In this document: piece by piece, positions 19,752 to 29,638 of the stretch
Numbering within the stretch: the stretch's first letter is position 1
Layout: each line of letters starts with the position of its first letter
Assembly (NCBI GenBank): GCA_017503725.1
Contig: JAFVSL010000003.1
Span: forward strand, 6,236-70,235
DNA length: 64,000 bases
Direction of reading: 5' to 3'
From: Alphaproteobacteria bacterium
Lineage (GTDB): Bacteria; Pseudomonadota; Alphaproteobacteria; Rs-D84
Notes under the pieces: generated by a model
The model's database searches: none
Told to the model about the DNA's origin: nothing
The model's input: the letters and a program-made list of their open reading frames with translations, nothing else
Made by a program: the position numbers and the translations under genes

Positions 19752-21518
19752 TTTCTGAATGAAATGCACACTGTATTGTGGTTTCTTGTCCGCCCCCAGG
19801 GACGCACGCACAACCTTGTTAGATGCAATTTGGACCGCACGGACCAGATTATCACGGTCTTTGCGTTCGGCCTTGCTTAACGCGTCAATCGCCTTGGTTA
19901 TTTCAATCTGAATCTGGCGTTTCATAAATCCGGTTGTGTCGGTTTCAAAGATTCCGGCACTGGAAACCTCTGGTACGCCCTTTAAAAATCCGCGCTTGTC
20001 AACCGGCAATGTTACGAATACCGCACCGTTGGACGCAATTTTGCGACGGTTCTTATAAACCTGGTCATCGGCACTGCGTTCGGTTTCACCCTCCATCACG
20101 ACATAGGATGTCTCGATTGTTTCGGCAACATATGGTTCTTCGCCATCGCGCAGGGCGACCATTTCACCATTATGCACAACCATCATATGTTTTGCGCCAC
20201 CACGTTCCATCGCCATTTTACCATTCAGCATTTCGTTGATATAGTCGCCGTGCATTGGAATTGATACCTGGGGGTGAACCATATCATAAAAGCGTTCCAA
20301 TTCTGGACGGCCGGCGTGACCACTGGCGTGAAGGTTATCGGTATCAAAGATTGTGTGTGTTTTAATCCCCATACGCGCCAATTTATTGTACAGGAATGAA
20401 ACATCTTGTTCGCGCCCCGGGATAATAATAGAACTGAATATAACCGTGTCGGTTGGCATCAGTTTCATTTCTTTTACCTGGCCACGGCACAGACGCGTCA
20501 GCATTGCGAATTTTTCGCCCTGGGATCCGGTCAAGAATATAGCCTGTTTTTCCGCTGGCAAATCCTTGATTTCGCCGTGGGTGTAAACTTCGTCTTTGCC
20601 GATATATCCAAATTCGATTCCCATTTCACGAAATTCCGGCAGGCCCACATAAGGCACCGGATTTGGATTTGTGCGCTCTTTGATTGCGGCAATGCGTCCG
20701 GCGGCACGTGCGGCCTCTGCAAACATTTTGATACGGGCCAGACTGCGTGAATATCCCGTCACGATAACGCGCCCCGGGGCATTTTTCATAATTTCAGTTA
20801 ACGTGTCACGAACCTGGGTTTCGGTAACTTGTTTTGTCTGGCGTGATGAATTTGTTGAATCGCACATACACGCCAATAATTTCGGGTCGGAACCAATTTC
20901 GCGCAAACGTGCGAAATCAGTTGGCGCTTCGATTGGAATATCGTCGTTGAATGTCCAGTCACCCGTATGCAAGATTTTACCCGCATCGGTTGAAATAATC
21001 AGCATCTGTGCCTCTGGCACGGAATGGGTAACGTGGAATGTTTCGACCGTGAACGGTGCCAAATCCAGTGTCGCACCATTGTGATCAAATTCAACAATAT
21101 CCGTTTTTTCGTTGAAATCTAATTCAATACCACGGAATGTGCGGCGCAGAATTTCCGCCGGGAATCGTGTGCAGTAAATCGGCTTTCTGAATTTTGGCCA
21201 AATGTACTTTAATGCGCCAATATGGTCTTCGTGACCGTGTGTGATGACAAAGCCAACAACATCTTTGCGGCGTTTTTCAAGCCACGTTGTGTCACAGTAT
21301 TGAACGTCGCCGGCACCGATTTCTTCTTCCAGGAAACCCATACCACAATCAACGATTAAATATTTACCCTGGTACTTATAGACATACATATTCTGGCCGA
21401 TGTGTTCCAATCCGCCCAATGCCATAAAGTACATTTTATCATCATTTTTGTCACTTTCGTGTTTTGTTTTACCGGTAATTTTTGCCGGCAAATTTTTCTT
21501 TTCTTTTACTTTTACCAT
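19749..21518 (-). CDS. rnj: ribonuclease J (metallo-beta-lactamase/beta-CASP RNase)
   Basis: 589 aa with the HGHEDHIG motif, a beta-CASP region and a C-terminal domain. aaagga SD before ATG 21518. Lys-rich N-terminal extension. Confidence 0.88.
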   Translation of the reverse strand: MVKVKEKKNLPAKITGKTKHESDKNDDKMYFMALGGLEHIGQNMYVYKYQGKYLIVDCGMGFLEEEIGAGDVQYCDTTWLEKRRKDVVGFVITHGHEDHIGALKYIWPKFRKPIYCTRFPAEILRRTFRGIELDFNEKTDIVEFDHNGATLDLAPFTVETFHVTHSVPEAQMLIISTDAGKILHTGDWTFNDDIPIEAPTDFARLREIGSDPKLLACMCDSTNSSRQTKQVTETQVRDTLTEIMKNAPGRVIVTGYSRSLARIKMFAEAARAAGRIAAIKERTNPNPVPYVGLPEFREMGIEFGYIGKDEVYTHGEIKDLPAEKQAIFLTGSQGEKFAMLTRLCRGQVKEMKLMPTDTVIFSSIIIPGREQDVSFLYNKLARMGIKTHTIFDTDNLHASGHAGRPELERFYDMVHPQVSIPMHGDYINEMLNGKMAMERGGAKHMMVVHNGEMVALRDGEEPYVAETIETSYVVMEGETERSADDQVYKNRRKIASNGAVFVTLPVDKRGFLKGVPEVSSAGIFETDTTGFMKRQIQIEITKAIDALSKAERKDRDNLVRAVQIASNKVVRASLGADKKPQYSVHFIQK

Positions 21519-21649
21519 TTATAAATAATCCTTTGTTATAATTAACCTTTTCGCGACCAACCCGCAGTTTATTGCCAATAAAGACGTATCTTTATTTGTA
21601 GTAAACCTGGGGGTCGCGTACCATCCCCCGGATGTTTTATTCGCCGATA

Positions 21650-21822
21650 AAATACAAAAGGGGGTTATTTTGTCGGAATTTTTCCACCGACGGAACCGAT
21701 TGTACTATTTTCTTTACAGATATGCAAGTTTATTTATCAAAACGATTGCACCACTCGGTATATCGTATACCGACGACACAGGAACATACGAATTTACAGA
21801 TGCGTGTACGATGAGCAACTAA
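21650..21822 (+). pseudogene. frameshifted relic of a cysteine-rich family gene (C-terminal module only)
   Basis: Frame 1 reads ...APLGISYTDDTGTYEFTDACTMSN*, against APAGESYTDDTGIYEFTDACAME* for the 34976 ORF. Upstream similarity (STDGTDCTIFF vs SSPSGDCIMYA) lies in a different frame. There is no start codon or signal peptide. Confidence 0.55.
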
Positions 21823-21848
21823 AAATCCCCCAATTGGGGGATTTTTTT
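21821..21848. terminator. bidirectional terminator
   Basis: aaaaatcccccaattgggggattttttt. Confidence 0.85.
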
Positions 21849-21852
21849 GTAT

Positions 21853-22323
21853 TTATTCTGCGACGGGCGCTTCTGGTGCCGGCGTCGGTTTACGCATTTT
21901 ATGTTTAAATGCTTTAAATTCAGACTTATCCACACAGCCATCGTTATTCACATCGATTTGTGGTAACATTTCAACCATCTTTGGGCATTTTACAACCAGG
22001 CATCCATTATCATCGAACTGTGGACGTGGCATCTTGGCGTGTTTTTTGCACGGCATAACCTTTGCCGCCGCGAATCCCAGTGCAAAAAATACCAATACAA
22101 CAATGAATTTTTTCCAGAAACCACAGTGATGCTTTTTGCATTCACAATTTCCACCGCACGGACAACCCTTGTCACATCCGCACGCGTGTGTTTCTACGAC
22201 CGGCGCGACAACTTTTAATTCAGGGGCCTTTTTTGCGACGGTTTTCTTAACAGGGGTCTTTTTTGCGACTGTCTTCTTAGTAGTTGTTTTCTTTACAACT
22301 TTTTTTGTTGTTTTTTCTGCCAT
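21853..22323 (-). CDS. membrane protein with Lys-rich repeat N-terminus, Cys/His cluster and EF-hand
   Basis: The N-terminus is a KK[TV]xxKK repeat (KKVVKKTTTKKTVAKKTPVKKTVAKKAP). It is followed by HACGCDKGCPCGGNCECKKHHCG, the TM helix FIVVLVFFALGFAAA and a canonical EF-hand loop DVNNDGCVDKSE. Confidence 0.6.
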   Translation of the reverse strand: MAEKTTKKVVKKTTTKKTVAKKTPVKKTVAKKAPELKVVAPVVETHACGCDKGCPCGGNCECKKHHCGFWKKFIVVLVFFALGFAAAKVMPCKKHAKMPRPQFDDNGCLVVKCPKMVEMLPQIDVNNDGCVDKSEFKAFKHKMRKPTPAPEAPVAE

Positions 22324-22396
22324 TTGTCCTTTCCTTTGGTTGTTGACGCTTTGATTGTATTCAATAATTTTTTTGTTGTAAAGATTTTTTTTGAAC

Positions 22397-23920
22397 TTAT
22401 TTCACACCGTATTTGCCACGGTTAATTGGCCGATACGACAGGGCCTCTGCCAAATCAGACATTTCAATATCCGTCGCCCCGCGCAGGTCCGCAATCGTTC
22501 GCGCCAGCCGCTTTATACGATTGTATCCACGTGCCGACATTCCCATTTTTTCTGCGGCGGCGTTCAAGAAATTTGTTAATTCATCCGTCAAAGGCGCAAA
22601 TTGTTCCAGTTCTGGCCCGTCCAGGGTTGCATTAACGTGCCCCTGACGCGCAATTTGTCGATTGCGTGCGGCAACGACACGCGCGCGAATTTGCGCACTG
22701 GTTTCACGTGGCGTGCCATTATCTTTGTTCATTTCCCATGGATTTACCGCATCGACATCAACGTGCAAATCAATTCGGTCCAGTAATGGGCCGGAAATTT
22801 TATTTTGATATGCCTCGGCACAGCGTGGGGCGCGCGAACACGACAGCGTCGCATTCCCCAGGTGCCCGCACGGACACGGATTCATTGCCGCAATTAGTTG
22901 AAAGCGCGCCGGATATGTCGCATTGCGACGTGCACGTGAAATTAAAATTTTGCCGCTTTCCATTGGCTGGCGCAGGATTTCCAGTGTCGCACGATTAAAT
23001 TCTGGCAATTCGTCCAGGAACAACACCCCATTATGCGCCAGGGATATTTCACCGGGTCTGGCATCTGAACTGCCCCCGGCCAGGGCGACCGGACTGGACG
23101 TATGGTGAACGCTGCGGAATGGGCGCGATGACATCAGGCTTTTGTTATCCAATTGGCCCGCAATAGAATAAATAATAGACGTTTCCAAGATTTCTTCGGC
23201 GGTCATTTCCGGCATAATTGTCGGCAACCGTGACGCCAACATAGTTTTGCCCGACCCCGGGGGACCAACCATAAGCATTGCGTGCCCACCCGCCGCCGCA
23301 ATTTCCAACGCACGTTTAGCCGCGGCCTGGCCGTGAACATCAGACATATCAATTGTATGCTGCTGTGGGCCATCGGTCCCAGATACGGCATCGGGTAATG
23401 TCAAAGGCGACGTGCCATTAAAATGATTTATCAATTCCAAGACGTGAAATGGCGCCAAAATGTCATCGTGCCCGGACAGGCGTGCCTCGCCCCCTTGGGG
23501 GCCGGGACAAATTAAACCCAAATCATTTCGTTTTGCCCATACGCCCGCGGGTAAAACCGCATCGGTCTTTACGATTGCACCGTTTAAGCCAACCTCGCCC
23601 AGGATAAGGTATTGTGACAATTTTTCTTCGGGTAAAATTCCGATTGCACATAAAATTCCGCACAGTATCGGCAAATCAAAATGCGAACCACTTTTTTCAA
23701 CGTCCGCCGGCGATAAATTCACCGTCAGTTTTTTTGGTGGCAACGCAATATTCAGTGCCGCCAACACATTCAGTATACGTTCGGCGGATTCTTTGACCGC
23801 ACGGTCCGCCAGGCCGATAATATTAAACTCTGATTTTGCAAAGCCACTGGACAATTGCACCTGAACATCAATGCGTGTGGCGTCCATTCCGTTAAAAATT
23901 ATTGAATTTAATGATATCAT
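22397..23920 (-). CDS. comM: YifB/ComM family Mg-chelatase-like AAA+ ATPase
   Basis: 507 aa. Lon-like N-terminal domain, Walker A GPPGSGKTMLA, Walker B VLFLDELPEF, and the AAMNPCPCG zinc motif typical of ComM/YifB. Confidence 0.9.
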   Translation of the reverse strand: MISLNSIIFNGMDATRIDVQVQLSSGFAKSEFNIIGLADRAVKESAERILNVLAALNIALPPKKLTVNLSPADVEKSGSHFDLPILCGILCAIGILPEEKLSQYLILGEVGLNGAIVKTDAVLPAGVWAKRNDLGLICPGPQGGEARLSGHDDILAPFHVLELINHFNGTSPLTLPDAVSGTDGPQQHTIDMSDVHGQAAAKRALEIAAAGGHAMLMVGPPGSGKTMLASRLPTIMPEMTAEEILETSIIYSIAGQLDNKSLMSSRPFRSVHHTSSPVALAGGSSDARPGEISLAHNGVLFLDELPEFNRATLEILRQPMESGKILISRARRNATYPARFQLIAAMNPCPCGHLGNATLSCSRAPRCAEAYQNKISGPLLDRIDLHVDVDAVNPWEMNKDNGTPRETSAQIRARVVAARNRQIARQGHVNATLDGPELEQFAPLTDELTNFLNAAAEKMGMSARGYNRIKRLARTIADLRGATDIEMSDLAEALSYRPINRGKYGVK

Positions 23921-23990
23921 ACGCGCATATTATAACTTGCTTTAATAGATTTCAAGGTCTAAAATACCCCACATCAAGAAAGGATATATA

Positions 23991-24944
23991 ATGCCCGCAA
24001 AAAGTAAAAATGTCGCACGTGAATGGTTTAATACAATATTCTATGGGGCACTAATCGCAATCGTTTTCCGCAGTTTGTTATTGGAACCGTTTAATATTCC
24101 ATCCGGTTCTATGATTCCGACATTGCACGTGGGCGATCATATATTTGTGACCAAATGGTCGTATGGATATTCGCGATATTCATTTCCATTTGGTTCGTGG
24201 AAATTATGGAACGGGCGTTTCTGGGCAACGGAACCGGAAATTGGCGATGTTATCGTTTTCAGAAACCCGGTCGATGAATCCCAGGATTATGTCAAGCGCC
24301 TGATTGGCAAACCCGGTGACAAGATTCAGATGATAAACGGACGCCTGCACATCAACGGCGAACAGGTTAAACGCGAAAACCCACGTCCGTATGTTTGGGC
24401 GACATTGCCAACCGAACCAAAGCGCGGCAAATATCAAAATGGCAAATTTGAAATAGACGGCAATAAAATCTTTATTGATAATAAACCGGCCGAATTTAAC
24501 TATACAATTCAATACAATCCGATGTGCAGCAACCAATACAAACGTGTGATAAACCTGTATGATGGGCCAAATGGCGAAAACCTGCCGGTATCCGAGGGGA
24601 ACTGGAAACCATCGGATGTTCCGTGTGGCATATTTATTATGACCGAATACACCGAAACATTGCCCAACGGCATCACGCACAGCATAATTGAAACATCTGA
24701 TAATGAACATTATTCAGATAATACACCGGTCTATACCGTACCGGAAAATCATTTCTTCTTTATGGGCGATAACCGCGACAACAGCGGGGACAGCCGTATG
24801 CATATTGGCTTTGTATCGCGTGACAATGTGTTAGGGCGCGTTTGGTTTACGTGGTATTCGCATAACTATTATGCGCCAATGTTGGCAATATGGTCGTGGG
24901 GCGACAAAATGCGCTGGGGCCGATTTGGAATGGGTGTAAACTAA
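23991..24944 (+). CDS. lepB: signal peptidase I
   Basis: SGSMIPTL (catalytic Ser), VKRLIG (catalytic Lys) and GDNRDNSGDSR boxes. N-terminal TM helix. Confidence 0.93.
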   Translation: MPAKSKNVAREWFNTIFYGALIAIVFRSLLLEPFNIPSGSMIPTLHVGDHIFVTKWSYGYSRYSFPFGSWKLWNGRFWATEPEIGDVIVFRNPVDESQDYVKRLIGKPGDKIQMINGRLHINGEQVKRENPRPYVWATLPTEPKRGKYQNGKFEIDGNKIFIDNKPAEFNYTIQYNPMCSNQYKRVINLYDGPNGENLPVSEGNWKPSDVPCGIFIMTEYTETLPNGITHSIIETSDNEHYSDNTPVYTVPENHFFFMGDNRDNSGDSRMHIGFVSRDNVLGRVWFTWYSHNYYAPMLAIWSWGDKMRWGRFGMGVN

Positions 24945-24945
24945 G

Positions 24946-25581
24946 ATGGAAAAATTAAACTATACTTTTAAAAATCAACTGTTGTTGGATTTGGCATTGA
25001 CCCAAAGTGGGGCGGATGCCACAAATAATAATGAACGCTTGGAATTTATCGGCGATCGCGTGTTGGGTCTGGTTGTGGCGGAATTACTGTATAAAATGTT
25101 CCCGACCGAGCCCGAGGGCCACCTTGCACGACGTCACGCATTGCTGGTGTCGGCAAAGACGTTGGCAAATGTCGCAATGCGCCTGGGCTTGCATAAACAA
25201 ATTCGTCACGGTCATTTAACAGGGGGGCGCCTGCAACATATCTTGGCCGACGCGATGGAAGCGGTTCTGGGGGCAATATTTATCGACAGCGGTTGGCGTG
25301 CCGCGCGTGCGGTTGTAACAGAAATATGGACCGAATTGGCACGTGAAAATGTCGTTGCGCCCAAGGATCCAAAAACCAAATTACAAGAATATGTTCAGAA
25401 AAACGATAACGGTGCATTGCCGATATATAATTACCTGACGCCACGTGGGGAATCGCATTGTCCAGAATTTGTTGTACGCGTTACCGCAATGGGCAAAACG
25501 ACCGAGGGTCGCGGGCAATCTAAAAAAGCGGCCAGTATTGCCGCCGCGGACGAAATGCTGAAAGTCCTTGCAATTTCTTGA
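24946..25581 (+). CDS. rnc: ribonuclease III
   Basis: NERLEFIGDRVLG signature, a catalytic domain and a C-terminal dsRBD. Sits immediately after lepB, the usual lepB-rnc order; era is not adjacent. Confidence 0.93.
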   Translation: MEKLNYTFKNQLLLDLALTQSGADATNNNERLEFIGDRVLGLVVAELLYKMFPTEPEGHLARRHALLVSAKTLANVAMRLGLHKQIRHGHLTGGRLQHILADAMEAVLGAIFIDSGWRAARAVVTEIWTELARENVVAPKDPKTKLQEYVQKNDNGALPIYNYLTPRGESHCPEFVVRVTAMGKTTEGRGQSKKAASIAAADEMLKVLAIS

Positions 25582-25624
25582 AACGCCCTATAAAATCAAC
25601 ACAATACAAGACAAAGGATAAAGT

Positions 25625-25954
25625 ATGTTTTCAATTTTACTGGTTTTATTGATAATCGTTGCGGTATTTATGATTGGGATTATCTTGTTACAGAAATCCG
25701 AGGGGTCTGGGATGTCTGGATCATCTGCGGCATCTATGTTTGGTGGCGCATTGACGGGCGCGGCGGCGGGGAATTTCTTGACCCGTGCGACGGCGTGGTT
25801 GGCAACATTGTTCTTTATATTGTGCGCGGCATTGGCGTTGGTCGCGGCCAAGACGGATATGACAACACAACAAAGTCACCTGCGCCAGGAAATCATAGAG
25901 CAGGGCGCGACCGCCCCGGCGCAGACACCGGCCGAAACCCCATCCGAGAAATAA
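25625..25954 (+). CDS. secG: preprotein translocase subunit SecG
   Basis: LLVLLIIVAVFMIGIILLQKSEGSG start and two TM helices, 109 aa. Confidence 0.85.
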   Translation: MFSILLVLLIIVAVFMIGIILLQKSEGSGMSGSSAASMFGGALTGAAAGNFLTRATAWLATLFFILCAALALVAAKTDMTTQQSHLRQEIIEQGATAPAQTPAETPSEK

Positions 25955-25984
25955 AAATTACCCGCCATCCGGCGGGTTTTTTTA
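25953..25984. terminator. bidirectional terminator (secG / flavoprotein gene)
   Basis: aaaaattacccgccatccggcgggttttttt. Confidence 0.8.
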
Positions 25985-27139
25985 TGCATATCTGCCGGCA
26001 ATACGCCCACTGGCCCACGCCCAGTGCAGGTTGAATCCCCCCAAGTCGCCCGATATATCCAACACTTCGCCCGCAAAGAACAGCCCCGGGCACAGTTTTG
26101 ATTCCATTGTCTTGGATGAAATGTGTTCGGTTGATATGCCACCGCGAACAATTTCTGCGCTTTGCATATTATATAATTTTATATCCGACGACTGAATTTG
26201 TGTTTTGTTAATGCGGTCGGCAATTGCACGAATTTCTGAATCGCGCCAATCTGCAATATTTCGCACGTCATTATTTGAAAAATATTTGGCAATACGTACC
26301 GGTAAATATTCGGACAGTATGCTTGATATGTTGCGCTTGCCGTTTTTCTGTTTTGCATTTTTAAGCGCGCCAAACATATCCGCGCCCGGACACAGATTGA
26401 TTGTTATGCCATTTGATATGTCACGAACACTGGCGCGATAAACGGCCGGACCGCCGATACCAAAGTGTGTAAACAGCAAATTGTCTTGAATTTTCTCGCG
26501 TGCCACCGTAATTTCAACCGGCACTGAAATACCCGCCAAATCCGGCCCAAACATCGATGTCGCCATTGCGCACAGGGCCGGGCGCACCGGTATAATCTTG
26601 TGCCCGAATGATTTGGCGATTTTATACCCCACGTCAGACACCCCCAACGTCCCAAAAGACGTCCCACCCGTTGCAACAATCACAGAATTTGCACAAAATT
26701 TGGTGCCGTTTGCGGCAACAATAAATTGGTCGTCGTGCCGTGTCACAGATTCCACCGCGTGATTATATTTTATATCCGCCCCCATTGCATCGTGAATCAG
26801 CGCATCAACCACCACGCCCGCGCCATCTGTACAGAAATATCGGCCGGGTTCTTTTTCGTACAGTTTGATTTTGTGCCTGTTGCACCATTGCAAGATGTCG
26901 GTCGGCCCAATGCGACTTAGCGCGCCACGTACAAAGTTTGGATTTTCGCCAAAGTATCGTGTGACATCGGCGGCCATATTTGTAATGTTGCATTTGCCAC
27001 CACCGGATACGGCCACCTTGCGCGCGGGTGTGTTTCCCATATCCAGCGCCAGCACACGTTTCCCACGTGTCACCAGTTCCCCCGTCGCGCTCAGGCCCGC
27101 CGCCCCCGCACCAATAATAATTACGTCATATTGTTTCAT
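25982..27139 (-). CDS. NAD(P)/FAD-dependent oxidoreductase, HI0933/BaiN (YhiN) family
   Basis: MKQYDVIIIGAGAAGL dinucleotide-binding start (the track ORF begins 12 codons earlier at TTG). GGGKCNITN and the C-terminal GGFNL motif are typical of the family. Confidence 0.8.
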   Translation of the reverse strand: MKQYDVIIIGAGAAGLSATGELVTRGKRVLALDMGNTPARKVAVSGGGKCNITNMAADVTRYFGENPNFVRGALSRIGPTDILQWCNRHKIKLYEKEPGRYFCTDGAGVVVDALIHDAMGADIKYNHAVESVTRHDDQFIVAANGTKFCANSVIVATGGTSFGTLGVSDVGYKIAKSFGHKIIPVRPALCAMATSMFGPDLAGISVPVEITVAREKIQDNLLFTHFGIGGPAVYRASVRDISNGITINLCPGADMFGALKNAKQKNGKRNISSILSEYLPVRIAKYFSNNDVRNIADWRDSEIRAIADRINKTQIQSSDIKLYNMQSAEIVRGGISTEHISSKTMESKLCPGLFFAGEVLDISGDLGGFNLHWAWASGRIAGRYA

Positions 27140-27201
27140 AGAAATAATTCTATATGACGGCACTGTATTTTGCAAATTTCAAAAAAGATAATTTTTCCCA
27201 C

Positions 27202-27230
27202 TTGCAATTAAATTTATGATTCTATATAAT
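27202..27230 (+). promoter_or_regulatory. sigma70 promoter TTGCAA-N17-TATAAT for tRNA-Ser
   Basis: The consensus -10 ends about 17 nt upstream of the tRNA 5' end. Confidence 0.65.
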
Positions 27231-27247
27231 ACGCAACGCAACCACAC

Positions 27248-27335
27248 GGAGCGTTGGCAGAGTGGTAATGCAGCAGATTGCTAATCTGTGACCGGTATTA
27301 TCGGTCCATAGGTTCGAGTCCTATACGCTCCGCCA
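27248..27335 (+). tRNA. tRNA-Ser (anticodon GCT), long variable arm, CCA encoded
   Basis: Acceptor GGAGCGT/ACGCTCC, anticodon loop TTGCTAA, extra arm ACCGGTATTATCGGTCC, T arm ATAGG-TTCGAGT-CCTAT, then GCCA. Confidence 0.9.
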
Positions 27336-27344
27336 TAAAAATTC

Positions 27345-27370
27345 AACCGACCATCTGGTCGGTTTTTCTT
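27345..27370 (+). terminator. rho-independent terminator after tRNA-Ser
   Basis: aaccgacc-atct-ggtcggtt hairpin plus a T-run. Confidence 0.75.
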
Positions 27371-27542
27371 TGTCTTGACTTTGCGGTGTATGTTGTGCCA
27401 CAATCACGATGATATGACAATACGTTTTATTAACTTTTACTGTTGTTGTTAAGTGTTGCATTTTTCGCAAACTGATTTTGTTTGCATTTAAATAACCTGT
27501 TTACTAAACTCTACACATAAAATTAACAAAGGAAGAACGCAT

Positions 27543-28961
27543 ATGACAATCAGACTGTATAACACGATGAGTCGCAAAATAGAAGAATTTAAACCGCTGG
27601 TTCCAGGCAAGATGGGCTTTTATTCGTGTGGTCCAACGGTCTATTGGGATGCCCATATTGGCAATATGCGTACATTTGTTAACAATGATATTATCAAGCG
27701 TGTGTTTATTGAAAACGGTTACGATGTCACACACGTAACAAATATCACAGACGTTGGTCACCTGACCAGTGACGAAGACGACGGCGACGACAAAATGGAA
27801 AAGGGGGCCGCCCGTGAAAATGTCTCTGTTTGGGATATTGCAAAGAAGTACACGGATGCGTTTTTAAATGATGCAGACCTGTTGAATATTATTCGTCCGA
27901 CGTTTTTGCCACGTGCAACGGACCATATCGCGGAACAAATCGCCCTGGTCCAGGAATTGGAAAAAATGGGCTATACATACGAAATTCCGGGTAATGGAAT
28001 TTACTATGACACGTCACGTTTTGCGGCCTATGGCGCATTGGGTGGACAAAATTTATCGGAATTACGGGGTGGGGCACGTATTGATGATACCGGCAAGCGT
28101 AATCCAACCGATTTCGCATTATGGAAATTTTCCCCAACCGATGCCAAGCGCGCAATGGAATGGGACAGTCCCTGGGGTGTCGGATTCCCGGGCTGGCATA
28201 TCGAATGCAGCGCGATGAGTATGAAATACCTGGGACCTCATTTTGATATTCATACCGGCGGCCAAGAACATACCAAGGTTCATCATACAAATGAAATTGC
28301 CCAGGCGGAACCAATTGTTGGCAATCCGTGGGTGTCATATTGGGTGCATTATGCGTGGCTGTTGCTAAAAGATGGCAAAATGTCAAAATCGGCGGGTACG
28401 GCGTATACTGTGCGTAATCTTATAGAGCGTGGCTATGATCCAATGGCGTTCAGATATCTGTTGCTACAGGGGCACTATCGCCAACCATTAGAATTTTCAT
28501 TTGAATCCTTGGATGCGGCGGCAAATGGATACAAAAATATCGTTCGTCGTGTCGCAGATATTTTGAATACAGAAAATCGTGGCGATGTTGATACTGCGGT
28601 TTATGATGTGTGGCACGATAAAATTCTGGCACCGGCATCTGATAACTTTAAAACGGCGGAATCGCTGGTTGTTGTCCAAGAATTGTTAAAGGATGCAACC
28701 GTAAATCCGGCGACCAAGATTGCGCTGTTTGAATTTATTGATCGCCTGTTGGGGGCCCAGTTTATTGATCGCGCAAAGAAACTGATTGCGCTGGAATCAG
28801 AAACGGCGCCGGCTGAAATTGTGGCAATGGCCGAATCCCGTGCAGCTGCCAAGGCATCCAAGGATTGGGCAACCGCGGACGCGTTGCGATCTGAAATTGA
28901 TGCGGCGGGTTGGACGGTTCTGGATTCCAAGGACGGATATAAAATCGTCAAAAAGGCATAA
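27543..28961 (+). CDS. cysS: cysteine--tRNA ligase
   Basis: Class I motifs DAHIGNMR (HIGH-type) and KMSKS. The WGVGFPGWHIECSAM zinc/cysteine-binding region is characteristic of CysRS. Confidence 0.93.
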   Translation: MTIRLYNTMSRKIEEFKPLVPGKMGFYSCGPTVYWDAHIGNMRTFVNNDIIKRVFIENGYDVTHVTNITDVGHLTSDEDDGDDKMEKGAARENVSVWDIAKKYTDAFLNDADLLNIIRPTFLPRATDHIAEQIALVQELEKMGYTYEIPGNGIYYDTSRFAAYGALGGQNLSELRGGARIDDTGKRNPTDFALWKFSPTDAKRAMEWDSPWGVGFPGWHIECSAMSMKYLGPHFDIHTGGQEHTKVHHTNEIAQAEPIVGNPWVSYWVHYAWLLLKDGKMSKSAGTAYTVRNLIERGYDPMAFRYLLLQGHYRQPLEFSFESLDAAANGYKNIVRRVADILNTENRGDVDTAVYDVWHDKILAPASDNFKTAESLVVVQELLKDATVNPATKIALFEFIDRLLGAQFIDRAKKLIALESETAPAEIVAMAESRAAAKASKDWATADALRSEIDAAGWTVLDSKDGYKIVKKA

Positions 28962-29050
28962 ATTGCCAAAATAAAAAAATAATAAAAATCGGTTGAAATT
29001 GGGGTAATATTGGTGTATATTACCCCGCGTAATTACAAGAGGAATTTTCC

Positions 29051-29602
29051 ATGAACTATCCATATATGCCAAAATCGACCGCCCTGTGGTTAATTGAAAA
29101 TACAGCATTGACATTTGAACAAATTGCGGATTTCTGCGGTCTGCACGAACTTGAGGTTAAAAGTATCGCCGACGCAGAAACATATAAAATTCAACCATTA
29201 AACCCAATTTTAAGCGGTCAATTAACGCGCGAAGATATCGAAAAGTGCGAGGCTGATGCGTCTGCGCGCCTGACATTGCGTGATGAAATTGTTGCCGCCC
29301 AGAACAAACAGAACAAACGTGGCGTTGGCTATACCCCAAAATTGCATCGTCAAAATCGTTTGGGTGGAATATTGTGGATTTTGAAAAATTATCCAGAATT
29401 ATCAGACGGCCAGGTTGCACGCCTGATGCGCAGTACAAACCCAACGGTTGCATCTGTTCGTAACAAAACGCATAATTCATATTCTTTGATTCAAATTCAG
29501 AGTCCGATTGTATTGGGTTTGGTTTCTGAATCTGCGATTCACGATGCCGTGGCCAAGGCGCAAAAAGCTGCCAGCAAACCCGCAAAAAAGAAGAAAAAAT
29601 AA
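29051..29602 (+). CDS. DUF1013 (TrcR-like) alphaproteobacterial conserved protein
   Basis: The N-terminus PYMPKSTALWLIENTALTFEQIADFCGLHELEVKSIAD matches the conserved DUF1013 start seen across Alphaproteobacteria. Promoter TTGAAA-N17-TATATT at 28993-29021. Confidence 0.7.
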   Translation: MNYPYMPKSTALWLIENTALTFEQIADFCGLHELEVKSIADAETYKIQPLNPILSGQLTREDIEKCEADASARLTLRDEIVAAQNKQNKRGVGYTPKLHRQNRLGGILWILKNYPELSDGQVARLMRSTNPTVASVRNKTHNSYSLIQIQSPIVLGLVSESAIHDAVAKAQKAASKPAKKKKK

Positions 29603-29638
29603 TAAAATCAACCCATTAACACACGCAAAGGTTAATTG

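Noticed and set aside
27371-27542. T-box or other known leader upstream of cysS.
   Set aside because: Only a plausible promoter (TTGACT-N18-CACAAT) and a small hairpin (gcaaac-tgatttt-gtttgc) are visible. There is no T-box consensus or specifier-loop architecture, and T-boxes are not expected in Alphaproteobacteria.
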